A stretch of 64,000 nt of DNA from NCBI GenBank assembly GCA_026025075.1, contig JAPEUI010000019.1, positions 124,001 through 188,000 on the forward strand, in the 5' to 3' direction. This document shows, in pieces, positions 1 through 12,644 of this stretch. The stretch is from Vezdaea acicularis. Its lineage: Eukaryota. The first letter of the stretch is position 1; every line of letters starts with the position of its first letter. A program made the translations under genes and the position numbers. A model generated the notes under the pieces. The model was given only the letters and a program-made list of their open reading frames with translations. It was not told the origin of the DNA and searched no databases.

Positions 1-3000
1 TGTGACGGTTTCTAATGCAGATGCAGGAACTTGAACTGGCGATTGACGACTTAGAATTTGAGTCGCAGGTGGTCGGGCAGAGTTTGACACCATATTTCGG
101 CACCGAATTTGAAGGATTGTGCCAATACTTTGACCTCCACCCGTCAGGATCTGCTTTTGCTGTTTTGGCAGACGGGAAAGAGCTAGACATTCGGGTACAA
201 TTATTTGCAAACCGTCCAACCCGGAACTTGTCTGCAAATAAAAACCCCGAGCAAGGAGCGTCAATTCTACTCGACAAACTCTCATCATACATAGGGACGA
301 CCCTAGATCAATCGAAGATCATGCTAGCAGTCGAAGGAAGTTTTTTCCTTGGTCTCGCTAAGAAATGGTATCTCTTATCCTTCCTTTATTTACTTATAGC
401 TAACTGCTGCACAGTTCAAACATTGTTTCCATACCTCTGAGAATTCTGGACTCAATGCAAACAGAGCTTGCTTTGCTAAGCCACACTATTGCTAACAGCA
501 CTCATACACTGATCTTCGATCAGTCCCGTCTGCTTGAGGCATCAATATTGCAATTAGTTCATCAGGTGGGTGTTTCAAGCGAGCCTAGTTCCTTCCTTGT
601 ACTTTATGATAACCGGTGGAGTAGCTACTGCTCGCTCATCGAGAAGGGCTGTCTGAAGTTGCTGAGAAATGTCGCAAACACTTAGCGGAGAAGACCGAGC
701 ATCTCCTTAAATGTCACCAAGTGGAGACTGAAAAAAGTTTCGTACCTAAGGCATCTAATTGGCAGGTGGCCGAATTTGGTCCGCTAGCAAACAAGTCTTT
801 CATGGATGCCTGCCGGCTTTACCTCTCACCGTGCATTTCTGAGGTTTCTAACCCTGACATGAGTAAAGGCGCGGATCCTTCAAGTATGGATGTGATGAGG
901 CTTGGCCGTGCTTGGGTATACTTCGCAGTTGCCTTTCTGAAGCTCTACGTGCCTGACAGGCCCTATGACCCGGCTCTACTACCTTTGGTCCAAAGGGAGC
1001 TTATTGTTGATCAAAGAGAAGAATATCAACACAAAATTCAAGAGCTGAAAGAATTCGAGCTCGAGTTTACGGGCCAGGACTCAAATACCAGGATAGACGT
1101 TCTCCAAGAAGATATACGCAATCTTCCTGCCGAACCATCCATAGTGGGGCCTCGGCCCCAGCAATCCACCCTTGCCGATCTCCATCTTTTATTTTCAAAG
1201 ATCTTTGGCCTAGACACCATTGCCGCCCATGATAGAATCCGATATGAAGGCTCTTATATTTCGTCTGATTCTGAGAAAATATTACGCATCCTCCATAGGC
1301 TAGAAAAGGGCTGGGAACATTACAATGATCTGAAAACACCAATAGACAGAACACTAAAGCTACTGTGGATGGGACTTCGGCTCATTCAACCTAAGCAGCC
1401 TGATCACCTGCCAGTAGTGCCTTTGCTTGGAGGCACACCTGATTCCATCTTCACGCCTGGGCAGTCACCATGGCATTACCTTCGAATGATTAATTTTGGC
1501 TTCGGTCATCCCCGGCAAGCGCTTGAGATATTCCATACTCTATATGAAGAGTGGAAAGCCCAATTATCGAAGGAGCAAGTGGAAAGCATTGCCGCTACTG
1601 GGTTATATCGGTACCGCGGCGCAGAATCAGATGAGCTACTCGACCAGGAAACAGAACTTAGAGAGATATTTCCGATAGGCGAGAGTACTACCCCCCCCCA
1701 AACTTCCCACTCCCCAAGCTATTCGCCGAGGGACCTAGCGATAAAGGTAGCCAAACATCACGCTCAAATATTTGGGTCACCGAAACGTATGGGAATAAAA
1801 GATGTCATCTTGGATACAGTAGATGAATTGATCAAGAAGTCTGTGCAAAATGAAGTACAAGCCGCTGGCGAAAGACTGATCCCTGCGTTGCTCTTTTCGC
1901 TCGAGCGGAGTAACGACTACTTTAACTTTTTTCAAAAGGATCCGAAAACGTACAACTTCTATCTTGACACCAACCTAGGGGAGTCTCGTAAAGTTGTTAG
2001 TCTCGTGCTTAAAATCCAAGCTCGATTTCTAGAACTGAAGGAAGCGTGGCCAGAGCATGCAACGATCCACGAAGTCCTGGAAACCTGCGATGAACTCCTC
2101 TCTTTCAAGAGCGAGGAGCCCGTTGCGAAGCTGCTGACCAAAGCTGAGAAGATACATAGCTACATCCATGAATGGCAAGTGGTTGCAAGCCGAGAGTATT
2201 CGGCACTTGCATTATTCAACGAGTTAACGCAACTTCTTATAAGCTGGCGACGGCTTGAGCTTTCTACATGGTCGACCCTGCTCAATTTTGAAGACGAAAA
2301 GTGCAAAGAAGATGTGAGATCATGGTGGTTTGTGGGATATGAGGCCCTAATTGCTAGTTCTGTGTCATTGGCAGAACAGGAAGGCAATATCTCAGAACAC
2401 ACGAGGGATGTATTAGATACCTTATCTTCATTCCTCACGAATACCTCTATTGGCCAGTTTACCACACGCCTGACCCTCTTGAGACAATTCAGCGAGCATG
2501 CCTCAACTCTCCGTAAAGATGTGCCCGCTATGGGGATAATTCGCAATGGTCTCACCAATCTCATTGATCTCTATGCCGGATACGAGCAAAAGGTCGCGGA
2601 AACCGTTGTCAAGAGGCGCCTCTTGCTAGAGAAGGAAATCAGGGAGGTCATCTTACTTGCAAGTTGGAAAGATACCAATATTATTGCTCTTAGGGATAGT
2701 GCCCGAAGGTCCCACCACAAACTCTTCAAGATCATAAGAAAATATCGAGGCATTCTCGGCCAGCCTGTGAGCGATATGATGAAGGATGGAATTCCAGACA
2801 TAGAAGGAAGCCATGTTGCGTTCGGTCCCCAGCATCACAAGCTTTCAGTGTCCTTTGTTGACCCTCGGGCCCAAGATGTGCTTAGATCACAGTTTCCACT
2901 ATTATGGTCCAGTAGGCCTAATAGAATGATTGACGCTGGAAAAACAGCTCGACTTATGCGTGACATCAGTCAACCATCATCACCTATCGTGGACACGCCT

Positions 3001-6000
3001 GAAATCTTGGACTCCTTCATCTCAGAAATGCTTTCTACCATAGTGGAGCTCAGAGAGCAGACTCCAGCATCTATGACCAAGGAAAATGTCGATTCGGTAA
3101 AATATCTAAAGGTAAGGAAACGAAATCTTTTTACAGAAACGCTTAAAGCCGTTCGACATATGGGAATGAAGTCAAATCTTGCGGCAAATGACTTGGATGA
3201 CCAATCAACGATTTCAAAAATACTAGCAAACACCAAGGTGTTACCGAGCAACTCAACCATATACTGTAGCAAAGACTTGAATCGGCTTTTTCTTAGAGCG
3301 GTCGATCAATTTCGAAGCGTACGAGGGGCAAGCGGCAGCCACAACGATGACCTTAACACTAGAGAAATGGGCAGGAGCCTTGGATATCTTGAGAGCTTTC
3401 TTCAATTGCTCTTACAACAGCGGAGCGAGATTGCAAATATTTTACAGGATATGGAGTATTTGAAAGAAATTGTCCAAAAAATCCGATCATTATGGAATCC
3501 TGAAAAATACAGCGTAACAGGAAGCTCGCAAGTCGACATCATCGAGCTGAGAGAGCATTTGCAACGACTCATCGTGGTTATAGGGTCAGGACTGGACATA
3601 ATCGAAACGCAAGAGAACCTAGGTGGTATCCAGCAACACAGCTTCAAGGCATTCTTGACTGAAGAGAAAGAGAAGCTTGTTCTTAGTGTGAGCCAATTAG
3701 AAGATCTCCCTCTCTTACACGGAGATATTTCTACAACTCTGCATGAAACAGCTGTCACGACATCGCTGAAAATTCTATCCGAGCTGCGACATGCGCTGGA
3801 GTGTAAGCTTGAAACTGAGAGATCGATCCAATTTGTTGTCAGGGAAATCCTTCTCTGGACTACACCGAAGCTAAAGAGCGCAGTGGTTGAGAGACATCCG
3901 GTTTATAAGCTTGAGGAAATAGACGAGAAAATCAGTGAATCCTGCAACGCTATACTAGTTGCTATACAGGACCACAGGGGCATCCTTTCCTCCGTCCCCT
4001 ATTCGTCAGAAGATTCTGCCTGGCTGCTGAGAGCAAACGCCGGTTGGTTAAGTAGTATTAAAGCCCTACGCGCCCAGAAAGTAGGAAATCTTTTGGCTAC
4101 TGCACTAGAGACTCTTAACTCCAAGCAAAAAGGTGATAACAGTATAGATTCGTATACTAGCCGGTCCGCACTGTTCACATCCGTGCTCCCAATAGTCGAG
4201 CAGTATGCAGTGATCATTGAAGAGCGAATTGGAGGCTACATGAACATTCACTATTCGACTTGCAGGACAACTTATCACCTCGCAAAATGCTTCACGCAGG
4301 TGGCATCTGAGGGGTTTTGTAGTCCTCCGGAGAAGTCTGATTCGAAGGACCAAAGTAATGAGAAACTTGAGTCGGGAACTGGGCTTGGTGATGGCGAAGG
4401 CGGAGAAGATATAAGTAAAGATATTCAAGAGGACGAGGATCTTTCAGAGTTAGCTCAAGAGCCAAGCCAGCGGGACAGCGATCATGAAGTCAAAGATGAG
4501 AAAGACGCAGTGGATATGCAGGAGGATTTTCAGGGTGACATGGGTGACGTCTCGGAGAAAAGTGAGGATACCAGTGATGCGTCAGTCAATGAGGAAGATG
4601 GTGATCTTGACGAAGAAGTTGGAGGAATCGATGGTTTAGATCCATCAGCAGTCGATGAGAAGCTTTGGGATGATCAAAGCGGCGAGGCTGAAGAAGAACA
4701 GCAGGGAGATGAGTCGAAAGGGAAGAAGACCAACCAACAAGTAGCTGCTCAAGACGCTAAGCAAAATGATGATGCTTCCGAAGATTCCGCCGATGAAGGA
4801 GATGACAGAGGTGTAGACGAAGATGAGCAAGTTGGACACGAGATGCCCGAGGATGCAGACACTCATATTCCTGACGGTGAAAAGCTGGATCTGCCAGATG
4901 ACATGCAACTGGATGGTGACAAAGGGTCCATCTCTGATACAGATGCCCTCGACGACGACTTTGGAAGCCTGCCCGATATTGACCAAGAAGGTCAGGCCGA
5001 TGAAGTACCTCAAATTGATGAAAGTGAAACACCTGACGAAGGCGGCCCTCAAGAAAAAGACGAGACACGAGAGAGTGGCATGGATGAAGAGAATATGAGT
5101 GAGGCAGACTTAGAGCTCCCTGATGCAATGACTAAAGAAGATGAAAACATGCCTAATGATTTTAATGAAGATCAAGATATTATAGAACAAGATCGGGCCA
5201 AGTATAACGTTGCAGATGCTGATAAAGCTGCTTCAAGCGATGTCCAAGGATCCGGACAGAATGAGAATAACAATGGCGATGAAAACGATATGGAGACTGA
5301 CGAGCAAGGGGCTACAGGTTCTAGAGGGGTAGAGTCACAAAATATACATCAAGAGCAGGTCGACGAGGACACAAGCAGCGGTCAAGTAAATGCTGATGTT
5401 GGCTCTAGCCAAGCTCAGGAGGCTAAGGAAAGCCGGCAAAGTCAAGCATTTAGGAGGCTCGGCGATGCACTGGAGAAATGGCATCGATATACACAACAGA
5501 TCCAAGACGTGCCTAATGACCAAAGGGAGAAGACTACACACCTGGACCCTTCGGCTCTCGAGAACGCAGATTTTGAACATCTTAGGAATGATCAGACCGA
5601 TGCCGATACTCAAGCTCTAGGGGCAAGTAGTACTGAAGAAGCACACGCCCTTGATGAGACAATGGCAATGGAGTCTGGCGACAAGGAGAATATCCAAACT
5701 TTCGAACCCAATTGGCTTGAGCCGCAAGTGCAAAATAATGAAGAAGTGGAGATGAACGATGTAGGCCCGGACCAGGCCAATGGTGTTCAGGCTGAAACGG
5801 AGTACGGCACTTTCATCGGAAAGTCACAACCTCGTGAACTTGACGAGCAAAATCAAATTTCCAATGGCGTCGAAGTCGAGCAAAAGGTTGACGAAGTGGA
5901 CCAAAAACTCTCTGATGTCACCTTGGAGTTCGCGGACGTCTTTCAGCGGGAATTACAGGAGGCTCGACGCCTTTGGCGACAACATGAAGCAACTACTAGG

Positions 6001-6828
6001 GATCTTTCACTATTTCTCACTGAGCAGCTACGTCTTATCCTAGCTCCCACAATTGCAACGAAGATGCGCGGAGACTTTCGTACAGGGAAGCGCCTAAACA
6101 TCAAACGCATCATTCCGTACATCGCCTCTCAGTATAAGCGCGACAAGATCTGGATGCGCCGGTCTATCCCTTCCAAGCGGCACTACCAGATCATGCTGGC
6201 CATCGATGACAGTCAAAGTATGAATGAGAATGGGGGTGCTGATTTAGCCTTCGAGACCCTTGCCCTAGTTGCCAAAAGTTTGACCATGCTCGAAGTTGGT
6301 GAACTCAGCGTCGTTAGCTTCGGCTCCTCCATCAACGTTGCACACGAGTTTGGGAAGCCTTTCACTGCCGACTCAGGAGTCCATGTCTTCAGCCAGTTCG
6401 GGTTCAAGCAGACCAAAACGGACGTCAAAGCACTCCTCACAGAGAGCTTATCTCTATTCCGCAATGCGCGAGCCACATCTTTGTCAAGCGGGTCTGTGGA
6501 TCTATGGCAGCTGCAACTCATCATCAGTGACGCCGTCTGCGAAGATCATGAGAGCATACGGCGGTTAGTGCGGCAGGCTCACGAAGAGCGGATCATGATC
6601 GTTTTCGTGATCGTCGATAATACGAAAGCTACGGGTGGCAGCTCGATCATGGATATGACTCGGGCCAGCTTTGAGAAGGATGATAGCGGCGAGATGAAAT
6701 TGAAGATGAGAAGATACATGGACGATTTCCCGTTCAGGTATTATCTCGTCGTGGGGGATGTGAAGGCTTTGCCAAGTGTGCTCGGCCAGGCGCTTAGGGG
6801 ATGGTTCAGGGAGGTTGTGGAGTCTTAG
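1..6828 (+). CDS. MDN1: Midasin / Rea1 AAA ATPase, 3' portion (linker, D/E-rich region, MIDAS/VWA domain); 5' end lies outside the window
   Basis: 2035-aa ORF 721-6828 with a long acidic tract, the conserved GDFRTGKRLNIKRIIPYIAS..KRDKIWMRR segment and a DDSQS MIDAS motif. The upstream ORFs join in frame via introns 368-414 and 566-624. Confidence 0.96.
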
Positions 6829-7117
6829 ATGTGTAAAAGTTTTGTGGATGTCTATCGTGAACTAGAATCAGGGTTAGATTCAGGATTGTAGAGCTGTAGC
6901 TTTAGCTAGTCGAAGCACTCCCACAATATTCGAAAATCGTTCCATTTTTGTGAGTGTGCGTTGGTGGTTGGCTCCGTTAACTTCACAATCCAGATTGCTC
7001 TCCTTTTAAAAATGCCCTCAGCCGCCCATAGACCATGCAGAGATATTCAAATGCTATCTGTAAGTTGTGATGTACAATATATTCTTTGAACATTCATTAC
7101 TCAGTCGAGAGGCAAAG

Positions 7118-10100
7118 CTACCGTTCAGCCGTTGGGCTCTCACTCCCTACACTCTCCCTACCCAGAAGACCTCTTTCCTCACCTGTGCCATCCTCTCTCG
7201 TAACACCCGTCCCTAGCGCCTGTCTACCTTCCTCAGCGCCATTTAAGACGTACCAGACGTCTTTCTTGGTCAGGAGTCCTTGCAGCATGCCCCTGTCGCA
7301 GAACATGACATAGCGGAGCCCAAGCTTCTGAAACATATTTGCAGTCAATTGAAGACTGCTCTTGCCAGAGAGCGTGATCGGCGTTTGATCCATCCACGGC
7401 CGCAGGTCAAGCGTTGTATGGGGGTCTGCGAGGGCTTGGTGCGAGAAATACGTTTCGGTAGTAGGAGCAAAGTCTTGGGGAGGGGCTGTGGCTTTACTGA
7501 GGGCGTAGCCGAGCTCGGTGCGCGAGATGTAGCCAAGTAGAAGGGCTTCGCGTGGGTCGGAGATGACTGGAAATCCACGGTGCGGGTGGGTTGACAGCAG
7601 CTCGTTGAGTGTTTCGATGGTGTGGCCGGTAGCGGTGATGACGACGAGATCTTCGATGCGAGTCATTACTTGCGAGATTGGTACATCTGGGAGATGCGCT
7701 TCTTCGCGGTTGTCGAGGAAAGGATATTGGTTGAAGTGGATCCAGGTTTCGTAGATGCCGCTTTTGCCCATGGCGTCGCCAACCCATTTGCTGATCATCA
7801 CGGCGATCATGATGGGTAGGACATAGGTGAGCGCACCGGTGAGCTCGAACATTATGACGACAATGGAAACGGTCAGACGAGTCACGCCACCGAGGGCAGA
7901 AGCTGCACCAATAATGGCGTAGGTGCCCGGAGTAACACAGGGGATGTCCGGCTCACAGTTTGCGAAGGCGATAAAATGAGGGTAGTGGTGCTGCCATGCT
8001 TGGACGATTAGGCCAACCGCGCGGCCGTAAAGGGCCCCGATGGCCATCGAGGGGAGGATGATACCAGCGGGAATCTCAAGGCCAAATGTAATAGCCGCCA
8101 AGAAGAATCCAAGAATGCAAGCGAAGAGTAGTAGTGTGACGGTGCTGCCAGTCGCGCTGGCCTTGCAAAGACCGAATTGGTCGTCTGGGACCGCTGAACA
8201 CTCTGCAAACAAGGAGTAGACGAGTTCCGAAGACTGAGCCCTCATGAAGAGGTTTGGAAAGTTGATGAGAGACGTTACGAGTGAGACAATGATGACCTCC
8301 GTTACCGGACCGAGTCGGAAGGGTGAATTTCTCCGCCATGCAGCAATCCTCATATTCAATTTGATGAACAGTCCGCCATAGAGGCCCTAATATAGTGTTA
8401 GCATCAAGGGTCACAGTTTTGTAAGCTTCGTGAGCTTACACCTATGATACCCAATAGCGCAAAAGGGATCATCTCAAAGTCATGCCAACCACTACTGTAG
8501 GTGACCTGGTAGAGCACGAGTTTACCCGTTCTGAAGGGGTTGAACGCTTGCAATGTGACTGCTGCCACCATAGCACATACGAAGCTTTGCCACATGGTCT
8601 TATCTGGGAAATAATAAGATAATTGCTATAATTTGTGAGTGACAGAGAAGAGAAACAAATGCATAGATGCGACTATACCTCAAGACTGAAAAGTACGCCA
8701 CCTATAGGTGATCCAAACGCCACCGAGATCCCAGCCGCAGCAGCCGCAGAAAGGATTTCTCTCTTTCGAGCTAAATATTGCTTAGTATAATTGAGCGTTA
8801 TGAGGTGTTGAAATACACACCTTCGTTTTTCTGAATAGGATCAAACGCCTTCATCATGAAATTCGCACAGCAGCATGCCACATGCACAAGAGGCCCTTCC
8901 TTACCCAGCCAGAGACCCGATGCAACCGCTAAACACTATTCATCGCATTAGCAAAGTTTTTACCTGCGGAAGAGCTTCCACGTACCAAACCTAAAGATTT
9001 GATGACCAAAGTCCAGGTCCCCATAAAGCGCCGTATGACAAATCCGCCCAAAACTGTCTTGATTTCTGGAATCCCGCTATGCTTTGCATAAACAGCGTAT
9101 GTCTTGACAAGAACACTCGCACATGCTGCAAACAGTATCTGATAGTACGTATGAGTCTAAGGTCACTAGGGGTGAAGGATACCAAAAGGGGTCATACAGA
9201 ATACAAAACAAAGAAAATATATTCAATGAACCAGCTTCCCCCTTTAGAACTGATATGAAGGGCTGTGCTCCAGGATGTCCAGTCCTGACATTGAGCATAT
9301 TCTATCGGGCTGTATCAGCGATGCAGATTCCATGGACAGCTCATGCGCTCTTGCTACTGCCTACCTTCATGACCCCAGCAGCAGAACCCCTTATTGAGGT
9401 AGAACTTCCCACCTCCTGGTCCATTCTTGCAGTATCCTGTTTTCAAATCTCCTAACCAGTCACTAGCTACATCGATGCTAGCTGCAATGATCCCAGTAGC
9501 AATCCCTGTTGCGATCAGAACCAGCCAGATTTCGCTCGCATCCAGAAGCTGGCGGATGTACCCAAGCAGGCCTGTCGCACTGGCGTATAATTGCCGCAGC
9601 CTGTCTCTCTCCTTCTTATACTCAAAGATCCAGTCTATAGCCGTCATATCGTCGTAACCCACGCGTCGCCCGGGCCCCTCGACATACCAATCGAGACCGC
9701 CGTCTTTGGTGCTGTTCAGGGCGCCGGTATCATCATTACGGGAAGCTGAGATAGAGTCATCTCGTGTCTGTTGAAGCCTTGGTAGAGGCGATCGAGGTGC
9801 CGGCGAGCCTTGTCGGCTCCCCCTCAAAGGTGAGGACAGAAACCTTGGAAGCGCGAATCCCGAGGATGATGCCTTCTGTTTGCGCTTGAACGTAAGCCTA
9901 GAGATGTCAGCCATGGGACCACTGCCAACCTCGAGATTAGGGGTATTAATACCTGTTGCTCTCGTCATCATCTTCGAGTGGGTCCGCAGAAAGCAGGTCC
10001 CGATCCCTCGAATGGATCGCTACCGGGTCGTCAATATCGCTCTCGTCCTCGACGGAGGGCTGCTGCTGCGCCGGCGTTCTTGACGATGAAGCTTCCCCAT

Positions 10101-10149
10101 ATCCTGGAGCATGGTGGCTCGTACCCGAAGATGAGCTGGACATGCTCAT
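7118..10149 (-). CDS. CLC voltage-gated chloride channel/antiporter with C-terminal CBS domains (Gef1/ClC-3-like), multi-exon
   Basis: The [25 protein letters not shown] and [10 protein letters not shown] motifs are spread over exons. Intron 9898-9952 joins the MSMSSS.. exon in frame to RLTFKRK. Further short introns lie between about 8390 and 9365. Confidence 0.93.
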
Positions 10150-10479
10150 ACATGGAAGGGAGGATCTGCCGTTCAGAAGAAGAGGGACGATCCACGAAAG
10201 TAAAGTTCAATGTCGGCGCAGAAAGCTACCCTTCATGTGCTCGCGGAAATCTCCGGCGCATGGCGCGAACGAAGCGCCCCAGGCCGACGCGATTAAAGCA
10301 GCGGCAGAAAAGTATCCCCGGATTTCAAGAGGCCAGAACAAAACACTCGAGTTCGCCAGGGGCACTACGACGTCCTCGAGCGCCCACAACACGACCTTAC
10401 GAGTTTGCGTTCTGATCGCATGCTTACGCCTCCGGATCTTTGTCGGATTTCTTGCAATTGCAGTTTAGCGTAAGACAGA

Positions 10480-11654
10480 ATGCTATTTTCACGGTTGGTG
10501 TCATGGGCGTGGTTGATGGGGTCGGCCGTTGCGGCAATATCGAGGGATGAGAATAATGATGTGAAAAGCATACCCGTGAGTGAGCGCCTACAGTAGGATC
10601 AAGAAATAGTACTGACTTTGGGTCAATTGTAGCTGCGTACACATAGTCTGAGCCCCGTAAGTTCAAACCTTTCAATTCACCAATATGGCGTATCTGGTTT
10701 GGCTTCTGAGGCCCCTCCCTCCTATCAACACTGCCACTATACTCTAGAAGCAACCACCTCGAGAAAATCCTATACAGTGCCCTCTAGACTTGTCACTAAC
10801 ATCGATGCCAGCCCTATCTCGACACTGACATGCAATCCCGCTGGTTCGACTTCGGCGGCAGCACCATCGTCCGCGCCGACCGCTACATCCGCCTTACCTC
10901 CGCCTACCAATCACAAACGGGCTACATCTTCTCACGGATCCCCTTGACGGCCACCAACTGGGAGATCGAAGTAGAATTCGCCATCCACGGCCCCGGAACA
11001 CTCAACGGCGACGGTCTCGCCATGTGGATAACCAAGCAGCGCGCCACGCAAGGCACCGTCTTCGGCTCGACCGACAGATTCGAAGGCCTCGGCGTCTTCA
11101 TCGACACATACAAGAACAACCGGCCCGGCGTCGTCTTTCCCTACGTGATGGCCATGGTCGGCGACGGCCAGACCAACTACGACAAGGCCAACGACGGCAA
11201 GAGCAACGAACTCGCCGGCTGCTCCGCCCGCGGCATCCGCAACTCCGAATCCCCCACCAAGATGCGCCTCACCTACTACGCCGAGCACAGCCTGACCCTC
11301 ATGCTGCAGTATAAGAGCAGCGGCGAGTGGACCGAGTGCTTCAACACCGGCCCCATCACCCTCCCGCAGGTCGCCTACCTCGGCTTCAGCGCCGAAACCG
11401 GCGAGTTGACAGATAACCACGACATCCTCAAAGTCACCACCAAGAACCTGTATGCCTTCGACGCGAAGCTCAGTCAGGCCGACAGGAAGGCGGGAGCTGG
11501 TCCCGGGAAGGGTAAGTCTGGCTCCTCGGACGCAAAGAAGGCCGGTTGGGGCTGGTGGTTCATCAAGGTCATCCTGGTCGTCGTCGCCTGCGGTGCCGTC
11601 TATATCGGATATACGGTCTGGCGGACGCAGCAGCGGAGTAAGTCGAGGTTCTGA
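10480..11654 (+). CDS. L-type lectin cargo receptor (VIP36/LMAN2/Emp46-like), with signal peptide and C-terminal TM helix
   Basis: Exons 10480-10575 (MLFSRLVSWAWLMGSAVAA), 10633-10656 (LRTHSLSP) and 10812-11654. Motifs GDGLAMW, FIDTYKN and YLGFSAETG; TM helix followed by a short tail ending KSRF. Confidence 0.92.
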
Positions 11655-12041
11655 TTGGGAGGGGAAACATAAAGGGAGGTTTGGTGGGCTTGCATGGTCT
11701 TGGCGTGCGTGCGCGCGTGCGTGGTTTCTTCTTTTTTTTATGGATATCCAGGTTTCTACACTTTTCTGTATAGCAGGGTTCGTAGCGAAATAAAAGATCA
11801 TTCTCCCAAAAAGCTAAGGTAGCTAACGCAACTGGCGCGCTACCGCACTGCCCGCAAACGAGCATAAGAGATAAGGGTTTGTATTCAACGCAGCCTTTGG
11901 GAAGTAAATGGTTCACAGTCTGCATTCTGACTATCTTACTTATCCCCTACCCCTGAGGGCCTTCCAAAGCCACACCCGATATTCCCCAAAAAGTCCCCCA
12001 TTGCCTCCTCCGCCCCTTCCTTTTCACAGATCCGCAGCGCA

Positions 12042-12644
12042 CTAATCCATAGTCTCCAAATAATCCGGATCCATATGCCTGGGAGCGCCAAAGCGACTTG
12101 GGCGTGGCGGCGGAGCGTCCTCAGGCCAGATGTTTGCGCGCGGGTCCGGGAATTGTCCTTGATTGCTCCATCCCGCAGGCAGCTGGCCCGGTAGCACGCC
12201 CGGCGGATAGCCGTTAGATGCTGGCGATGCGGCGTTTTGATTAGTCGGCGGTGGCTGCAAAGGAGGAGCTTCAGGGGTAGGCGGGGGTGGGGGGGTATAC
12301 AGACGGTCGGAAGGGCGGGCCTGGGAGCCGGGATTGTCGTAGCGCGAGATATACGTATGGACCGGAAGATCTTCTAGGCGGCGGGTGCCGAAGACTAGAG
12401 GGAACCACGTCTCGGCGCTGTTGACCGGGTGTGGAGGAGGTGGGGGTGGAGGTGTATTTGGAGGAGGATTTGAGTCTGCATTGGGGTGGGGAGACCCCCC
12501 TGGGTAGACTCCTTGGGGTGGGTAAGCGGGATAGGGAATGTTACCGCCCGAGACAGGGATGCCGAAGCCGTGTTCGGTGAAGACGCCCCATGTGGGACTC
12601 CCGTTGTAGTTGTAGTATCCCCATTGCTGATGTGTGGGAGGCAT
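12042..12644 (-). CDS. Proline-rich hypothetical protein (200 aa)
   Basis: Uninterrupted ATG ORF in good start context (GCAGCCATG), with a TATATA element at about 12881-12886 upstream. No recognisable domain. Confidence 0.6.
   Translation of the reverse strand: MPPTHQQWGYYNYNGSPTWGVFTEHGFGIPVSGGNIPYPAYPPQGVYPGGSPHPNADSNPPPNTPPPPPPPHPVNSAETWFPLVFGTRRLEDLPVHTYISRYDNPGSQARPSDRLYTPPPPPTPEAPPLQPPPTNQNAASPASNGYPPGVLPGQLPAGWSNQGQFPDPRANIWPEDAPPPRPSRFGAPRHMDPDYLETMD

Noticed and set aside
15..720. Apparent stops and frameshifts at the start of the midasin region, suggesting a pseudogene
   Set aside because: Resolved by canonical introns 368-414 and 566-624.
10657..10811. Longer (155-nt) lectin intron as a possible snoRNA host
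   Set aside because: No box C, and no convincing two-hairpin H/ACA layout by eye.
10932..11801. 289-aa minus-strand ORF overlapping the lectin gene
   Set aside because: Antisense shadow caused by C-ending codon bias in the real gene.
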